A DNA stretch of 64,000 bases from Paraspadella gotoi (Eukaryota; Animalia; Chaetognatha). Below are positions 52,060 to 63,668 of this stretch, piece by piece. The position numbers and the translations under genes were made by a program. The DNA lies in the NCBI GenBank assembly GCA_051294375.1, contig CM119263.1, forward strand, positions 3,986,161 to 4,050,160, given 5' to 3'. How positions within the stretch are numbered: the first letter of the stretch is position 1; each line of letters opens with the position of its first letter. Under the pieces are notes generated by a model. It made no database searches and was not told the origin of the DNA. It saw only the letters and a list, made by a program, of their open reading frames with translations.

Positions 52060-53349
52060 AGCTTATTCTTTAAAATCTTCTTAAAATTTTGTTTTACTTA
52101 CCTTATAAAAGTTTAAATAAATTTAATTTGGATGGTTATGAAAAGCTTAAATTGGAAGAAATTAAAGAGAAGACATTCCACTATCATATTCAGAAGAGAC
52201 CATTGAAAAATATTAATAAGAATGGCTTTCATATTATGCAATGTAATTCGAGCACATAAAAATGACTTAATGTTTTGAAAACATCCACAATGCCTTGTAG
52301 TTGCTCATGCATATGAAAGCAAAAAACAGAAAAATCCTTGACTCATTTTTTATTTTATCTCAAATCGTTAAGACAGGGCTGAATGTCAAGTTTTGCCTCT
52401 ATATATGGTCCCACTCCTGTATAATTACGTACTAAACTATTATAGTGTTATACCACTCCATTGAAAGGATAGCCAGGTACTCTGGAAGTGAATAAACAAA
52501 ACAGAGTTTTGATTGAAAGCTTGCAGGGACCTGCAATGTTATTATCTTGTAAGAGTGATGGAAGCTTTAAACCATTATATCCTGTTTAAAGTCAGGGGCA
52601 AGATAGCTCATTTATTAAATGAAAAGCCAATTTTTATATTGATTGTATCAATTTCTTATTAACCGTGTTTTGTATTCTTTTTTGTTCCATTGGCAACTTC
52701 TACTTAAATTCGATTTTACTGTACATCTAAAACCAAATAACACAATATTTTCAGTAAAAAAAAATTGTCTCAAGATGGTGTATTCTCTCGCTTCTCTGGT
52801 CATCACACTTGTGCTCAATGTTCTGGACTTACTGTCGGACTTACGGACCACATCATCACATTTAACCTCGGACAGCGTGACAACACGCGTCATTGGTTGG
52901 ATCCTTGGCGCCATCCTGTTAGGCCATGCCCTTGTCTCTTGTCTGTACAGCTTTCCGTTTGTCTGGAGGTTCTCGGCCAAGTATTCAAGTCTGATAAAGA
53001 ATCATTGGCGACGCTCAGCGACAATGGTCTTGTATCTGCTAGGACTGGCCTCCGTTCCCATCATGGTGGACCTCTACTTGGAAACTGAATCAAATTTGCA
53101 AGGGCAAATGGGATTTGAGAAAGTTAAAGGTACTTATAAAAAAATAAAAGTTAAATTTTGATAGGGAATGGTTTAAAACTGAGCAAACTTTGTTAAAGAA
53201 ATTTAATTTCTAAATTTAATTAATCAATATTAATCTATAAGCATGTGATAATCCTTTCTTTTCGTTATTTAATATTTAGAAAAAACAAAGTGTTTTTGTA
53301 TTTTTTACAACGATTTATTTTAATAGATCTAATCTATAAGCATAAAGTA

Positions 53350-54108
53350 TTTTTAGTCGGATCTGCTTTCAGCAGATCCCAACTCTGTAATTCACTGGAA
53401 TCGTTCGAGTGGAAATGAGTTTAAATGGAAAAAACATAAGTCGCATTTACTAAAATCTTTTTACTTATTTTACCCATAATTACTCGAATTAATCATAATT
53501 GAATCAATAGATTGAGATGAAATTTTGTGTGCGGGTAGGAAAGTGTGTGAAGAAGCTAGATATAAAGTATTGACGGAATTGTGCCAGTGGAAATGAGTTT
53601 AAATGGAAAAATACTTAAGTCACATCTACTTGAATCTTTATTATTTATGATTACTAATAAATGTTTTAATTAAATATTTAATTAATATGAAAAAATTATG
53701 CAATTTAAAAAAAATTTGTTAGTTGAAAAAATGATGCAAGTTGAAAAAATGATGCAAGTTAAAAAAATGATGCAAGTTAAAAATAAGATGCAAGTTAAAA
53801 AAATGATGCAAGTTGAAAAAATTATGCAAATTGTAAAAATTATGCAAATTGAAAAAATTATGTGAGTTGAAAAAATGATGTGAGTGAAAAAAATGATGCG
53901 AGTTAAAAAAATGATGCGAGTTGAAAAAATGATGCAAGTTGAAAAAATGATGCCAGTTGGAAAAATGATGCGAGTTGAAAAAATGATGTGAGTTAAAAAA
54001 ATTATGCGAGTTAAAAAAATTTTTAAAAATATTGTGATTTATCATCTGATTATCTGATTACCGCTTAATTAACTTAGGCAGATCCGACATTGTTTGCTCA
54101 AACTTGTT
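53350..54108 (+). mobile_element. HINE (Helentron-type) in XK-B intron 1, with an internal 18-bp minisatellite (53690-54015)
   Basis: 5' subTIR GTCGGATCTGC with adjacent inverted copy, 3' subTIR GCAGATCCGAC, 3' hairpin GTTTG-CT-CAAAC, T-rich ends. Confidence 0.8.
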
Positions 54109-54242
54109 CTTATTATAACTGCCTGTTAAAGAATTTCAAAATTGTTGCACAAAAGATGCGGCTAACTATTACTAAATGATAAACCTTAGAGACGCCAACT
54201 TCAAAACTTAGTTTGCTAACCTAAGTTTTGATTTTGAAATCA

Positions 54243-54473
54243 GGAAAAACAGATTTTTGTATTTACAACGATTTTTTTAATGACAATTTTATAGTCGAAC
54301 ATATTTCGGCTCTTCTTTGAGAGTCTTCATCAGTCTTCATATCGCTGATGAAGACTCTCAAAGAAGAGCCGAAACATGTAAGACTATCAAATTGTCATTA
54401 AAAAAATCGTTGTAAACACAAAAATCTTTTTTTCCTAATACCAAAACACAACGAAAAGAAAGGAATATAACAA
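54243..54473 (+). mobile_element. ORF-less Penelope-like inverted-pLTR insertion with two opposed hammerheads and a 14-bp TSD
   Basis: TSD TGATTTTGAAATCA at 54229 and 54474; arms ~54243-54333 and 54345-54436; tail CAACGAAAAGAAAGGA. Confidence 0.88.
54345..54380 (+). ncRNA. Minimal hammerhead ribozyme (mirror copy on minus strand at ~54298-54333)
   Basis: CUGAUGA-A-GACUCU-CAAAGA-AGAGCC-GAAA-CAUGUA; one mismatch in stem II. Confidence 0.75.
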
Positions 54474-55146
54474 TGATTTTGAAATCAAATATTTTTTTGC
54501 CTTGTACAAATTCAAAATGTTTTAAAAAAATGTAGAGTATCATTATTTTTAAAAGATATTTCCACATTTAACAAATAGACTATTGGAAGGTAGCCTATCA
54601 TTCTCCCGATATTGAACAGGCTTTGGTTAAATGTTTAATGTTATAACTCTTACAGAAAATCATGCAGACAGACTTTATTTGATCCACATCTTTTTTGAGT
54701 CTTTTCCTCAACTGATTTTTCAAACTGCCTCAGCGGTTCTGTCATGGACCGCAGATAGTAAGCAGATTTGCATCCAAGAGAATTCTTTGAAAAAATCTGT
54801 GCCATCAATACAACGGGTCTATGAACTTGATGCAAATGGTTCCCTGATGCAAACAAATATTAAGTGCAAATGTAACATCGCGGGCAAAGGTAGTTAGTGG
54901 GTTCATTTTGAAATGTTTTAGTTTATTGAAAGATTGATTTTTTATTTAATTGATTGATTGACATTGATTGGTTTTTTAATTTCAGAGATGGAATCAACTG
55001 CATAATTACCCAGAGCCAATTTTAAAAAAATTACTTTATTCCCTTTTAATAATTACCTTTATTATGAGCAGCTCGCTCTCTCTTGCTCTCTCTCAATGAA
55101 AAAATACCTAAGATGAAACTAAATATCAAACTTTAATATGAGGGTC

Positions 55147-55376
55147 TGTTGATAAGATGCTAGTTGGGCTAAAGAAGACTATCCACAACTTTTTTAACCC
55201 ATCTAGCAGCTATGGAACGGGTCCTAGGCTTGAACAAGGTTTGAGGGTTTCCTCACGCTTCCCGTTGGGTTGGGATTGAACCCAGTACCAAGTGGTCATG
55301 AGCCGATGGCTTTACTCAATGAGTGATGACTGATGATGTCTTGCTTATAGGCGGGGTGAACCTGGGCAATGCCTTC
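55147..55376 (-). mobile_element. tRNA-derived SINE inserted in XK-B coding sequence
   Basis: B-box-like GGTTCAATCCC on the minus strand. Absent in paralog A (GGTC^ATCGA). Body shared with 1433-1657. Confidence 0.75.
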
Positions 55377-55688
55377 ATCGATTTAAGATCAGATTTTGTT
55401 CTCCCATGAGGCCTAATTTCCAAAACGCATTTTTCTCTTTTAAAAGGAAACCGTGATCTAGGGTTTTTACGAATGAGTTTATGCATGTGGCCGGTGAGCA
55501 ACTATTTTCTTCTGGTATCAATGGCTTTGTCGACAATAAGTCTTGCTTCTGCAGCTGTCAAATGCCGAATCAAATTGCAAAATGTTTGCAGGTATAATAA
55601 AGATTTCTTTATTATGGAGATGAAGAAAAAGTTAAACATAAACAGTATTAAAAATTAAGGCGGGCCAAAATTTAACATTTTATCATTA

Positions 55689-56009
55689 GAAGTTCTGTAA
55701 TACAAAATTCATTTGTTCATCATATACTTAATCAATATTTACTTTCACTTTTTTAAATTGTAAAGTACAGTATAACATTAAAGCATTTAAATATTTATGA
55801 TTTTTAGTAATACGATAATTTTAAATGCTTCTATTTACTATACATAAAATAGATGATAAATACTCAAAAATAAAGAGTCGAAACATTCTCAATTAAAACT
55901 TTCGTCTCATAAAAAATATTAAAATAAAATAATACATAAAATATTTAAAAAATTTTGAATTGTGTTATCTCTCAAAGATACTGTAACATTATTTATATTA
56001 CAGAACTCG
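55689..56009. mobile_element. Tc1/mariner-type MITE in XK-B
   Basis: TA|gaAGTTCTGTAATACAAA ... TTTATATTACAGAACTCG|TA; region absent in paralog A. Confidence 0.65.
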
Positions 56010-58289
56010 TAGTTTTTACAACTTGAAGATTTCACATTTCAAAGACCCAAGATTTAAATTTAAAGCCTTCCCTTAATTCCTTTCCTTCTTCAATCCATCG
56101 CTTAAGCATCACATATTCCAGTCTGCTTCTCAACGCTTACTCCATCTTAGCCACGGGCCTGGGCACTTTTTCCATCACTTTAAGCAACATCCTCATTTTT
56201 GAAGCTGCAGTCAATTTGAATCCTTATTTTGCTTTATTTTCATTTTTAATCCCTTTGCGAGTTTTCACTCCTGCAATGACAGTTGCGTTGATGAAGGATG
56301 TGCTTCTTGGCTGCGGACTGCGGCGGCGACCAGATCGAATGCTGCTCTGCACTCACTTGAGGTCAGATGAAGGATTGCAGCTACTGCTACAGTCCAACTT
56401 GAATCTTCTTCTTTATTCGTTTATGTTTATCTTGAAAAAACATAATCTGATGCTGTTTAACTATGATGTTATTGGATGGGGTCTGCAGTCGTTGATTTTT
56501 GACAGATCCGCCATTTTGGTTTTCTTTGCAAGCAGAGAACCGCATGATCGACGATATTTTACCACAAAAGGAATCATCAACAGGATGAGATGGGAAAAAG
56601 CAGTTTTTCCTAGCAATATCACCTTCTTACCGGATGAAGAAATGTTACCTAAACATTACCGTATTTACCATGCTCTTCATTTGGGAAATTATTTTATTTT
56701 TAACATTCCTCACATACGTTTTTGATACTTCTCATGATAGACGTTGCTTTAGGATCTTTGTGCAGCTTTTTAGTTTTATACTTAAAAAATATTTTTGGAA
56801 AATACTTGTTGGCTTCAATAACTAGTTTATTTTGATTGTACTTATCTATATGAACATGTATGCCTCGATACGATATATTAATTTGTTTTCTTTCTTTTGG
56901 GTTAGTCTACCTTGGTCTAAAAAACCGCAAATGCCATATTTGGGAGATTGGATGGTAGAAAGCTCGTTATTAACACGTGCAATTTTAGAGAAAACTGCCA
57001 TTGATTCAATGTGGTATCATCATGCGTTTTTGAATGTAATTTTAGTTTTAAGTCCCATATTTCTGTTTGTCTTTATTTTCTTTCAACTTTGAAAAAATAT
57101 TAGTAAAATCGCCAGTTTTGAATTATGGCTTAAAGGTCATTTTTACTCTTTCATTGTTTAGTGTTTTATCTTCTAAGGTTTGGAAATATTACATAGAAAA
57201 AGTTATCATAAAGGAGTATGCAAAGTATTGCCAAGTAGAAGGTAGAAATAATAGAGCCCCTCCCCCTTATCACTACTCTATTTGGCTAATTTTGGTAGAA
57301 GAAAATTATTTTCTAATTTTCAATTTGTCCCTGACGCCGATACTAACTGTCATTATTCGTGTAATTTCAAGTAAAATAAACAACAACAAGAAGACAATAT
57401 CCTGGAAAATAATAAATTTTTTATTTGGATTTTTATTTTACGGATCAATTTATTTATATTTGTGCCAATCCTCACAACATAGAACCCTTACTAATTTATT
57501 GTCTGATTTTGAAAATTTTTTCAAATATTCAGATAATTTTCCAATTATCCAATTTAGCGAGTTGTTAATCTACTCGCCAGTTTATCAAGTGGCCAACTCT
57601 TTGTACGATGAACCATTTTGTGAAGTTTATAAGAAAATGAAAAAAAGGCTGACAAATTTGAATGTCTCTTCGGTTTCAAAAATACTCGATTCTCATTTCA
57701 TGATATTTTTTGAAAATATGACAAACGTTGTTAGTTTGAAAATGTATAAAGAGAATGTCAACTTGTACATTATGGTTTTTGTCCTTATTCCACTGTTGCT
57801 TATTCTTTGCAATGAGTAATATTTGGTCCAAAAAAAGAAAATTACCTCATTATTTATGTTACAAATGATTGTTTTTCAGTATTAAAAAGAAATACTTCTA
57901 TAGGATAAAAATAAACTTTTTGATTGGTTTTTATAGTTTGCATCTAGGTCTAGAAATAAAATATTTTACGTTATGTTTCTGAATATTATTAAGCATAATA
58001 TTGAGATATCTCAATAATTAGTCTAAATCTCAATGTAAGCAAAATGATTGTTTATGGAGCAACTAACTCATTATCAATACCATTAGAAAGTTGAAAATGT
58101 AGTAACATTAAAATGTATTATGTATGTATAAATAATATATAACAATGAAAAATTGCAAGTTTACTTGTTTTACTAAGTTAGACTTTAAAATTTAAAATTA
58201 ATTTTGTATTTTTGACTTTCTTTTTGTTATTTAAAATAGTTTAGAGATGAAACGAAAAATTCGTTGTAATAGCAATTTTTATTTTTATT

Positions 58290-58334
58290 ATTGTACATGT
58301 TTCGACTCTTAGTATTACGAGTATTCATCAGCAA
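58290..58334 (-). ncRNA. Minimal hammerhead ribozyme in the PLE 3' pLTR (damaged mirror copy at 59606-59641 +)
   Basis: UUG-CUGAUGA-AU-ACUC-GUAAUACUAA-GAGU-C-GAAA-CAUGUA^CAA. Confidence 0.8.
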
Positions 58335-58500
58335 ATGAATTCAATAGACAAAATTTTTTAAAACATTAGTTTAGATGAGAGAGAGAAAGAGAGAGAGAGA
58401 GAGAGTTTCCAACAAAGAATTGAGCAAGGATAGTGGTCAGATGTGAGGACAGGTGAAAGTAGGAGGAAAGAGAGAGCAAATGATTTTTGAAATTGGTGAA

Positions 58501-58531
<31 letters not shown>

Positions 58532-58902
58532 CAGGGATCAATACATTAGGCAATGTACAACAGTGAAAAATTTTAGAAAAACTAACATATTAAACAAAAG
58601 TAATAATAAATTAATTGTTATCTGAGATGATTGTAGTAAGAGAAAATGAAATAGAAGAATAAGTGATGAGGGATAGATAAGTTAAAGATAAGTGAAATAG
58701 TAAGGTAAGAAAAGAGCTCAAAAATGAGCTGCCCCCCCCAGCCGGGCAAATGTGGGACGTTAACGATGTAGTCGGGTCATTGGAATGATGATATTGTGGT
58801 CGAATGGGACAGGGCTGGATCTGGTAATGATCCGGCTGGAAAAATGCCGAGTGCCACTCGAATATCTCTCTGTGATTGATAGGCCTGCCGAGGGCCCTCC
58901 TC

Positions 58903-59586
58903 TCACCTGACGGTGAGGTGGGCGATTGCCTGTTGGGGCCTGTTTGGGGACAGGTGATACAGACTCCTCTCCCTCCTCTTGCAGCTGTTGTTTTGGGCGA
59001 CGCTCAGCACAGAGAGAGTCACGCCAAGTTGCTGCAAGCTCGGTTGAGGCATCGGAACGTCCATTGCCTGCTGAGAGGCCTCCGCCTGAACCCGTTGAGT
59101 GAGGCCAGGGGAATTACCGTGCGGCTGAGGTGGCGTTGGGTGCTCCACCACAGTTTTGATAAGCGAATCATAGCTTGGAGGGAGTTCGAATCGTCCTCCA
59201 TCACGGTTCAAAGAGGGTTCGAGGCCTTGATGTAAATTGCCTCTCTAATACCTCTGAGAACCAGTTTTGGTCATGGACAAGGAGACAGATCGCTTCCTCT
59301 CTAAACACAGATGGCCCATAGTTGTTGCGTGCTCTGCAACTGCCGACAGATAGTGCCCTCTAGAGTCGCGATAGGGCTTGATATGTTGCTGGAACCTATC
59401 TGATAGAGACTTCCTGTCTCGCCCACGTATGCTGCTGTGCAGGGTTGGTTGCCCGTTCCTGCACAGGCCGCCCATAGACGGCTCCTGATGTTTTCGGTCT
59501 GGGGATTTTGTCTTTCGGTTTCACCAATTGCTCACGTAAAGAGCCGCGGGTCGTCACTGAACTGGAGATCCCCTGCTTTGCCTTTG
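58903..59586 (-). pseudogene. Penelope GIY-YIG endonuclease C-terminus (frameshifted)
   Basis: Across frames: KPKDKIPRPKTSGAVY..CAGTGNQPCTAAYVGETG..SLSDRFQQH..SAVAEHATTMGH..GIREAIYIKASNP.LNRDGGRFELP. Confidence 0.9.
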
Positions 59587-59748
59587 GTCTATTGAATTCA
59601 TTTTGCTGATGAAGTCGTAACACTAAGAGTCGAAACATGTACAATAATAAAAATAAAAATTGCTATTACAACGAATTTTTCGTTTCATCTCTAAATTAAA
59701 ATTTTAAAATAAATTAAAAAATTTAATAAATTCACTGTGTGTCTTTTC

Positions 59749-59995
59749 ATACAATTGAAACATTCTTTGAAATATTATACCACTTCATTGATAGGAAAGC
59801 CAGGGTCACTGGGAGTGGATAAATAAGACTGTGAGAGAGTTTTGATTGAAAGCTTGCAGAAACCTGCTATGTTATTATCTTGTAAGTGTGATGGAGGCCT
59901 TAAACCACCAAAGCCTGTCCAAAGTCAGGGACAAGATAGCTTATTTATTAAATGAATGGATAATTTTTATATTGGTTGTACCAATTTCATAAATC
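59749..59995 (+). pseudogene. Upstream module/5' end of a third XK-like unit, truncated
   Basis: Matches the 33995-34205 and 52448-52655 upstream regions, then stops. Confidence 0.55.
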
Positions 59996-60094
59996 CTTTC
60001 TTTCGTTGTTTGGGGACGATTAGAGACAGTTTGAGTTTACTTTTGACAACGATTTTATTTTTATGCAAAACATTTCAAGCCTTCATCAACGCTG

Positions 60095-60232
60095 ACGGAC
60101 GGACGGACGGACATCGTTTTTTTGCATAATTTATCATAATTCGATGTTCTGACATGATATAAGTGAGTGCCCGACAATATTGAGGGGGCGGACCGACGGA
60201 CCGACAAAGTGAATTATAGATCCGACTAAAAA
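60095..60232 (-). mobile_element. HINE 5' fragment
   Basis: Matches 35650-35805 (GACGGACGG...GACCGACAAAGTGAATTATAGA..TCCGACTAAAAA). Confidence 0.75.
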
Positions 60233-60919
60233 TTGTCGCAGTTTGGAAAAGTCGGTTAATTTCATTATCAAATATATTTTTTGGCCGATAAATGAGTTTT
60301 AATATGTAATATGACCTCCCTAGGATTGAATAAAAAAATTATTTCTCAACAGGATAAAATTTCTTATTGCATTCAAATACTTCCAAAAAGGTTGTCTCAA
60401 ACTGTTTTCACCTTTTTTTGATCAATATTTGTTAATATTATATCTCTGACAAAATATTTTTTTATCAGATTTAGGGCAAAAAATGGTTCTTGGCAAGCAG
60501 TGAAAAAGATTGATCCCTCATAAAGTAAACCAGGCTTGAGTTGTTGTTGCATAATATGATGATGCATTGTCTCTCATTTCAACAAAATCTTGATTTTTTT
60601 TAGACTTATTTGATATTTGGTTCTGATAATACATCCAGAGGAGAATAAAAATTATAACTTTGCTCATAGAAAGGTTACCCGGAGCATTATAACTTTTATT
60701 GATACTTTAAAATTTAAAAAAAATATTCTGGAGCATCTACAGCATTAATGTATTTTTAATGCCGCTATTTTTTGACATATGAATTAAGATTCATCCCTGA
60801 ATCTATCTTAATGGAGATGATGCAATAACGATTTAACATGAGACTGAAAAAAGGCAGTGATTTTTAATAGTAGAAGATACATTAATTATTGATAAGTGTT
60901 AATGACAGAACCGTTCAAT

Positions 60920-61072
60920 ATAAGCAGTCCCTGAGCTTTGGATCAGGCTGTAACACCATGTTACAGGCGGGTTAAGCGCCCCGTCCCTCTTAACTGCCAG
61001 ACGACCACCGGGCTAGAACCCCGGACCTTTGGGTTGGGAGGCGAATGACTTGCCTCCGGCACCAATGGCCGC
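60920..61072 (-). mobile_element. tRNA-derived SINE (second family)
   Basis: Minus strand GGCCATTGGTGCCGGAGG (A-box-like)...GGTTCTAGCCCGGTGGTC (B-box-like), tRNA-sized head, then a non-tRNA body. Confidence 0.6.
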
Positions 61073-62084
61073 TGATGAACGGTTGGTGGATTTTAGTCCA
61101 CCATAGGAGCATCTATAAGACACAAAGTAAAAAGTTACTTTCTGCCCTAGATTTATAATTAGACATCATTCTTGTTTAGAAGTCATTTTTAGAAAATTTC
61201 AAAATATCTAAAAGTCTGAACAGAAAGCGGTGGAGAGGTGAATTAGTTAGGGGATTAAGGTTATTTATGATTCGTTATTATTTAGGGTTACTATAATATA
61301 ACGATTTATATTGTAAATAAATTGGTCTAGTCTGATTACCTAAAAAAAAAAGCTGAGGTAAAGTTGCTTGGAGTGCGGAAGAAGCAAGCACGGAGGGTGA
61401 GTGACTAGCAAGCAATGCATACAAAAGGTAAAGCAAGCATGGAGGGTGAGTGACAAACTAAGCAATGCAGACGAAAGGTAAAGCAAGCACGGAGGTCGCC
61501 GAGGAAAGGAAACGCTCCTAGGGGGGGGGACTAATGGGGGGCAGGGGAGGTTGAAAATTCTCTGGCAGAAAAGTAGAAAATAATCGACGATTTCTAGGGG
61601 AAGAACGAGGTGATAAGAAGAAGAGGAGGAAAAAAAAGAGGAGGAAGAAGATAAGGAGATAAGAAAAAGACGAAACTGAAGAAGATGAGGGAAAGATGAT
61701 AAAAAGGTGATTCAGAATAGAAGATGGAGTAGGTTATAAGAAGAGGAGGAAAAAGAGGTGATCAGAAGTTGATTAGGAGGAGGACAATGTGGTGATTAAA
61801 AGGTGATTAGAAAGAGGAGGAGGTGATAAAGAAGTGATTAAGAAGAAGAAGAGGAGGAGGAAGACGTGAGAAGAAGGTGATCAAGAAGAGGAGGTGGAGG
61901 AGGAGGTGATAAGTAGGTGATTAGGAAGAGGAAGTGAAGAAGAAGAAAAAAAAAGGAAGGAGAAAGAAGAAGAAGAGGAAGAGGAAAAGAAAGAAGAAAA
62001 AGAGGAGGAAAAAAAAGGAGAAGAGGAAAAGGAAGAAGAAGAGGAGGAAGAAGCGAATAAGAAATGCAGATTCCTGTTCGAGTT

Positions 62085-62121
<37 letters not shown>

Positions 62122-63562
62122 TGGAACCGAAATCGAGGATTTTTTTTTCTTATTTTGGTTCCATCGTTTGGAAAATAATCTCAAGGAGGGAAAATAATGA
62201 TTCTCCTCGACGGAACGAAATGCACTTTGAACTTACCCACAATCACGATCATAATCGGAATCCGTTGTCATTACATTAGATCTATAAATGAGTCACTGAT
62301 TCACTTGCGAGTTGAAGAAGTGTTGAGGCGAACAACAATAGTGTTTTGTTGATGTTGTATTGTTGCTTTTATTGTTGGCTAGTGCTGTCTTCATTTCGTT
62401 GTTAATTTAGTTGTATTTTATTATTGGATTTTCTTCGGTTCTTTATTGTTGTTGTTTTTGCTATCGTTATTGTTATTGTCAGTGTTAGGGAATGAAGATT
62501 TTTCTGGAAATAGGGCCCAATCTCCGAAAATTGGCCTACGGCAGTTGTTCCTGTTTACAAAAACAATTTTAAATAACCCTAAATACAACATTGGCCAAAA
62601 AAATCCCAATAATTATAACCATTTAATGTCATAACAAAAAAATTGAAGTTAAGAAACAAGAAAGGATCATCAAGGCGAAAACGGAGAGAACCCTATTGGT
62701 GGCATTGCAGATTGCTGAGGTCGTACTAACCCTCCTTTCGAGGGAGACGGGGTCTCCGGTGATCCCGAGGAGAACCCAAGTTTTGGGCCTCGGATTAGTA
62801 AGGAAAGGAAATCCGGAAAGAAGGAGAAAGATATCGGATCCCGATGATGACCCGCATTGTGGGTTCAGTTGTGGGCAAAGTGGTAAGTAGATTTGTGGAT
62901 GTGTGTGGACGTTAGTTTTTTTTTTTAATTTAAGAGGATCAGTTAGCAATGGATTGTACACATTTGAGGATTTGGCATCAGTGACATCGGCTCTTTATTG
63001 GATGAGTTGGAAGGAACTTGAGCTGGAGTGAAAAGGGAAAGGGAAAGCGGCTGTGGTTGTCGATGTGGTTGGTGGAGTGGTTAGGACCGTGGAGACGTGG
63101 GGGAGCTGTGGTTGTCACTGTGGTTTTTTGAGTGGTGAGGACCATGGCGCCATGGGCTAAAAAAAAGGAAAAGGAATTCGCGACAAAAGGAGCGAAACTG
63201 GATAACAAATGACGCGGACGACGGCGAAGTTGCCAAATGGCAGCCTGGGGTGAGATAATCGACACCGCTTTACCGGAAGAGGAAAGGGAGGAAAGAAAAG
63301 GGAGGAAATAAAATGGAGGAAAAGAGAGGAAAAGAGAGGAAAGGAGAGAAAGGAAGAATGATGGAAAAAGAAAGGAGAGAAGAGATAAGAAGAAAAGAAA
63401 GGTATAGAAAGAGAGAAAGAAAGAAAAGAAAAGAGGAAATGAGAAAAAAAAGGAGCAAAATAAAGAATAAATAGAAAGAAAATCTGAAAAGAAGAAAAAA
63501 AGAGGAAGAAAAAGATTTAGCCTTTAAAAGCTTCGTGAGGATAATAGGAAATCCAATTCCTG

Positions 63563-63668
<106 letters not shown>

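Larger units (their letters stand above)
29120..53690. repeat. Large near-identical tandem duplication (~29.5-40.15 kb vs 40.19-53.69 kb), plus a third partial copy at 27760-29094, each junction at a 25-N gap
   Basis: Colinear identity of all features. Gaps at 29095-29119 and 40165-40189 are each exactly 25 N. Confidence 0.9.
52775..57819 (+). pseudogene. XK-related membrane protein paralog B (exons ~52775-53129, 54656-54889, ~54988-57819), disrupted
   Basis: Phase-1-compatible AAAG|GTACTT donor and TTACAG|AAAAT acceptor give KVK-E-NHADRLYLIHIFFESFPQLIFQ. Later LLVSMALSTISLASA matches the XK S..SLA helix. Many TM segments. SINE and MITE inserted in the last exon, plus stops and frameshifts. 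Confidence 0.75.
58203..59695 (-). mobile_element. 5'-truncated Penelope-like element with inverted pLTR and GIY-YIG endonuclease remnant
   Basis: Inverted ~110-bp ends at 58240-58349 and 59587-59695, each with a hammerhead. Tail AACAAAAAAGAAAG on the minus strand. Approximate AT-rich TSD TTAAAATTT(T)AAAAT. Confidence 0.9.

Noticed and set aside
53719-54045. His-rich (FFNxHH)n protein
   Set aside because: Translation of an 18-bp minisatellite inside a HINE.
61000-61072. tRNA-Gly(CCC) gene on the minus strand
   Set aside because: Degenerate A/B boxes and stems, followed by a SINE-like body.
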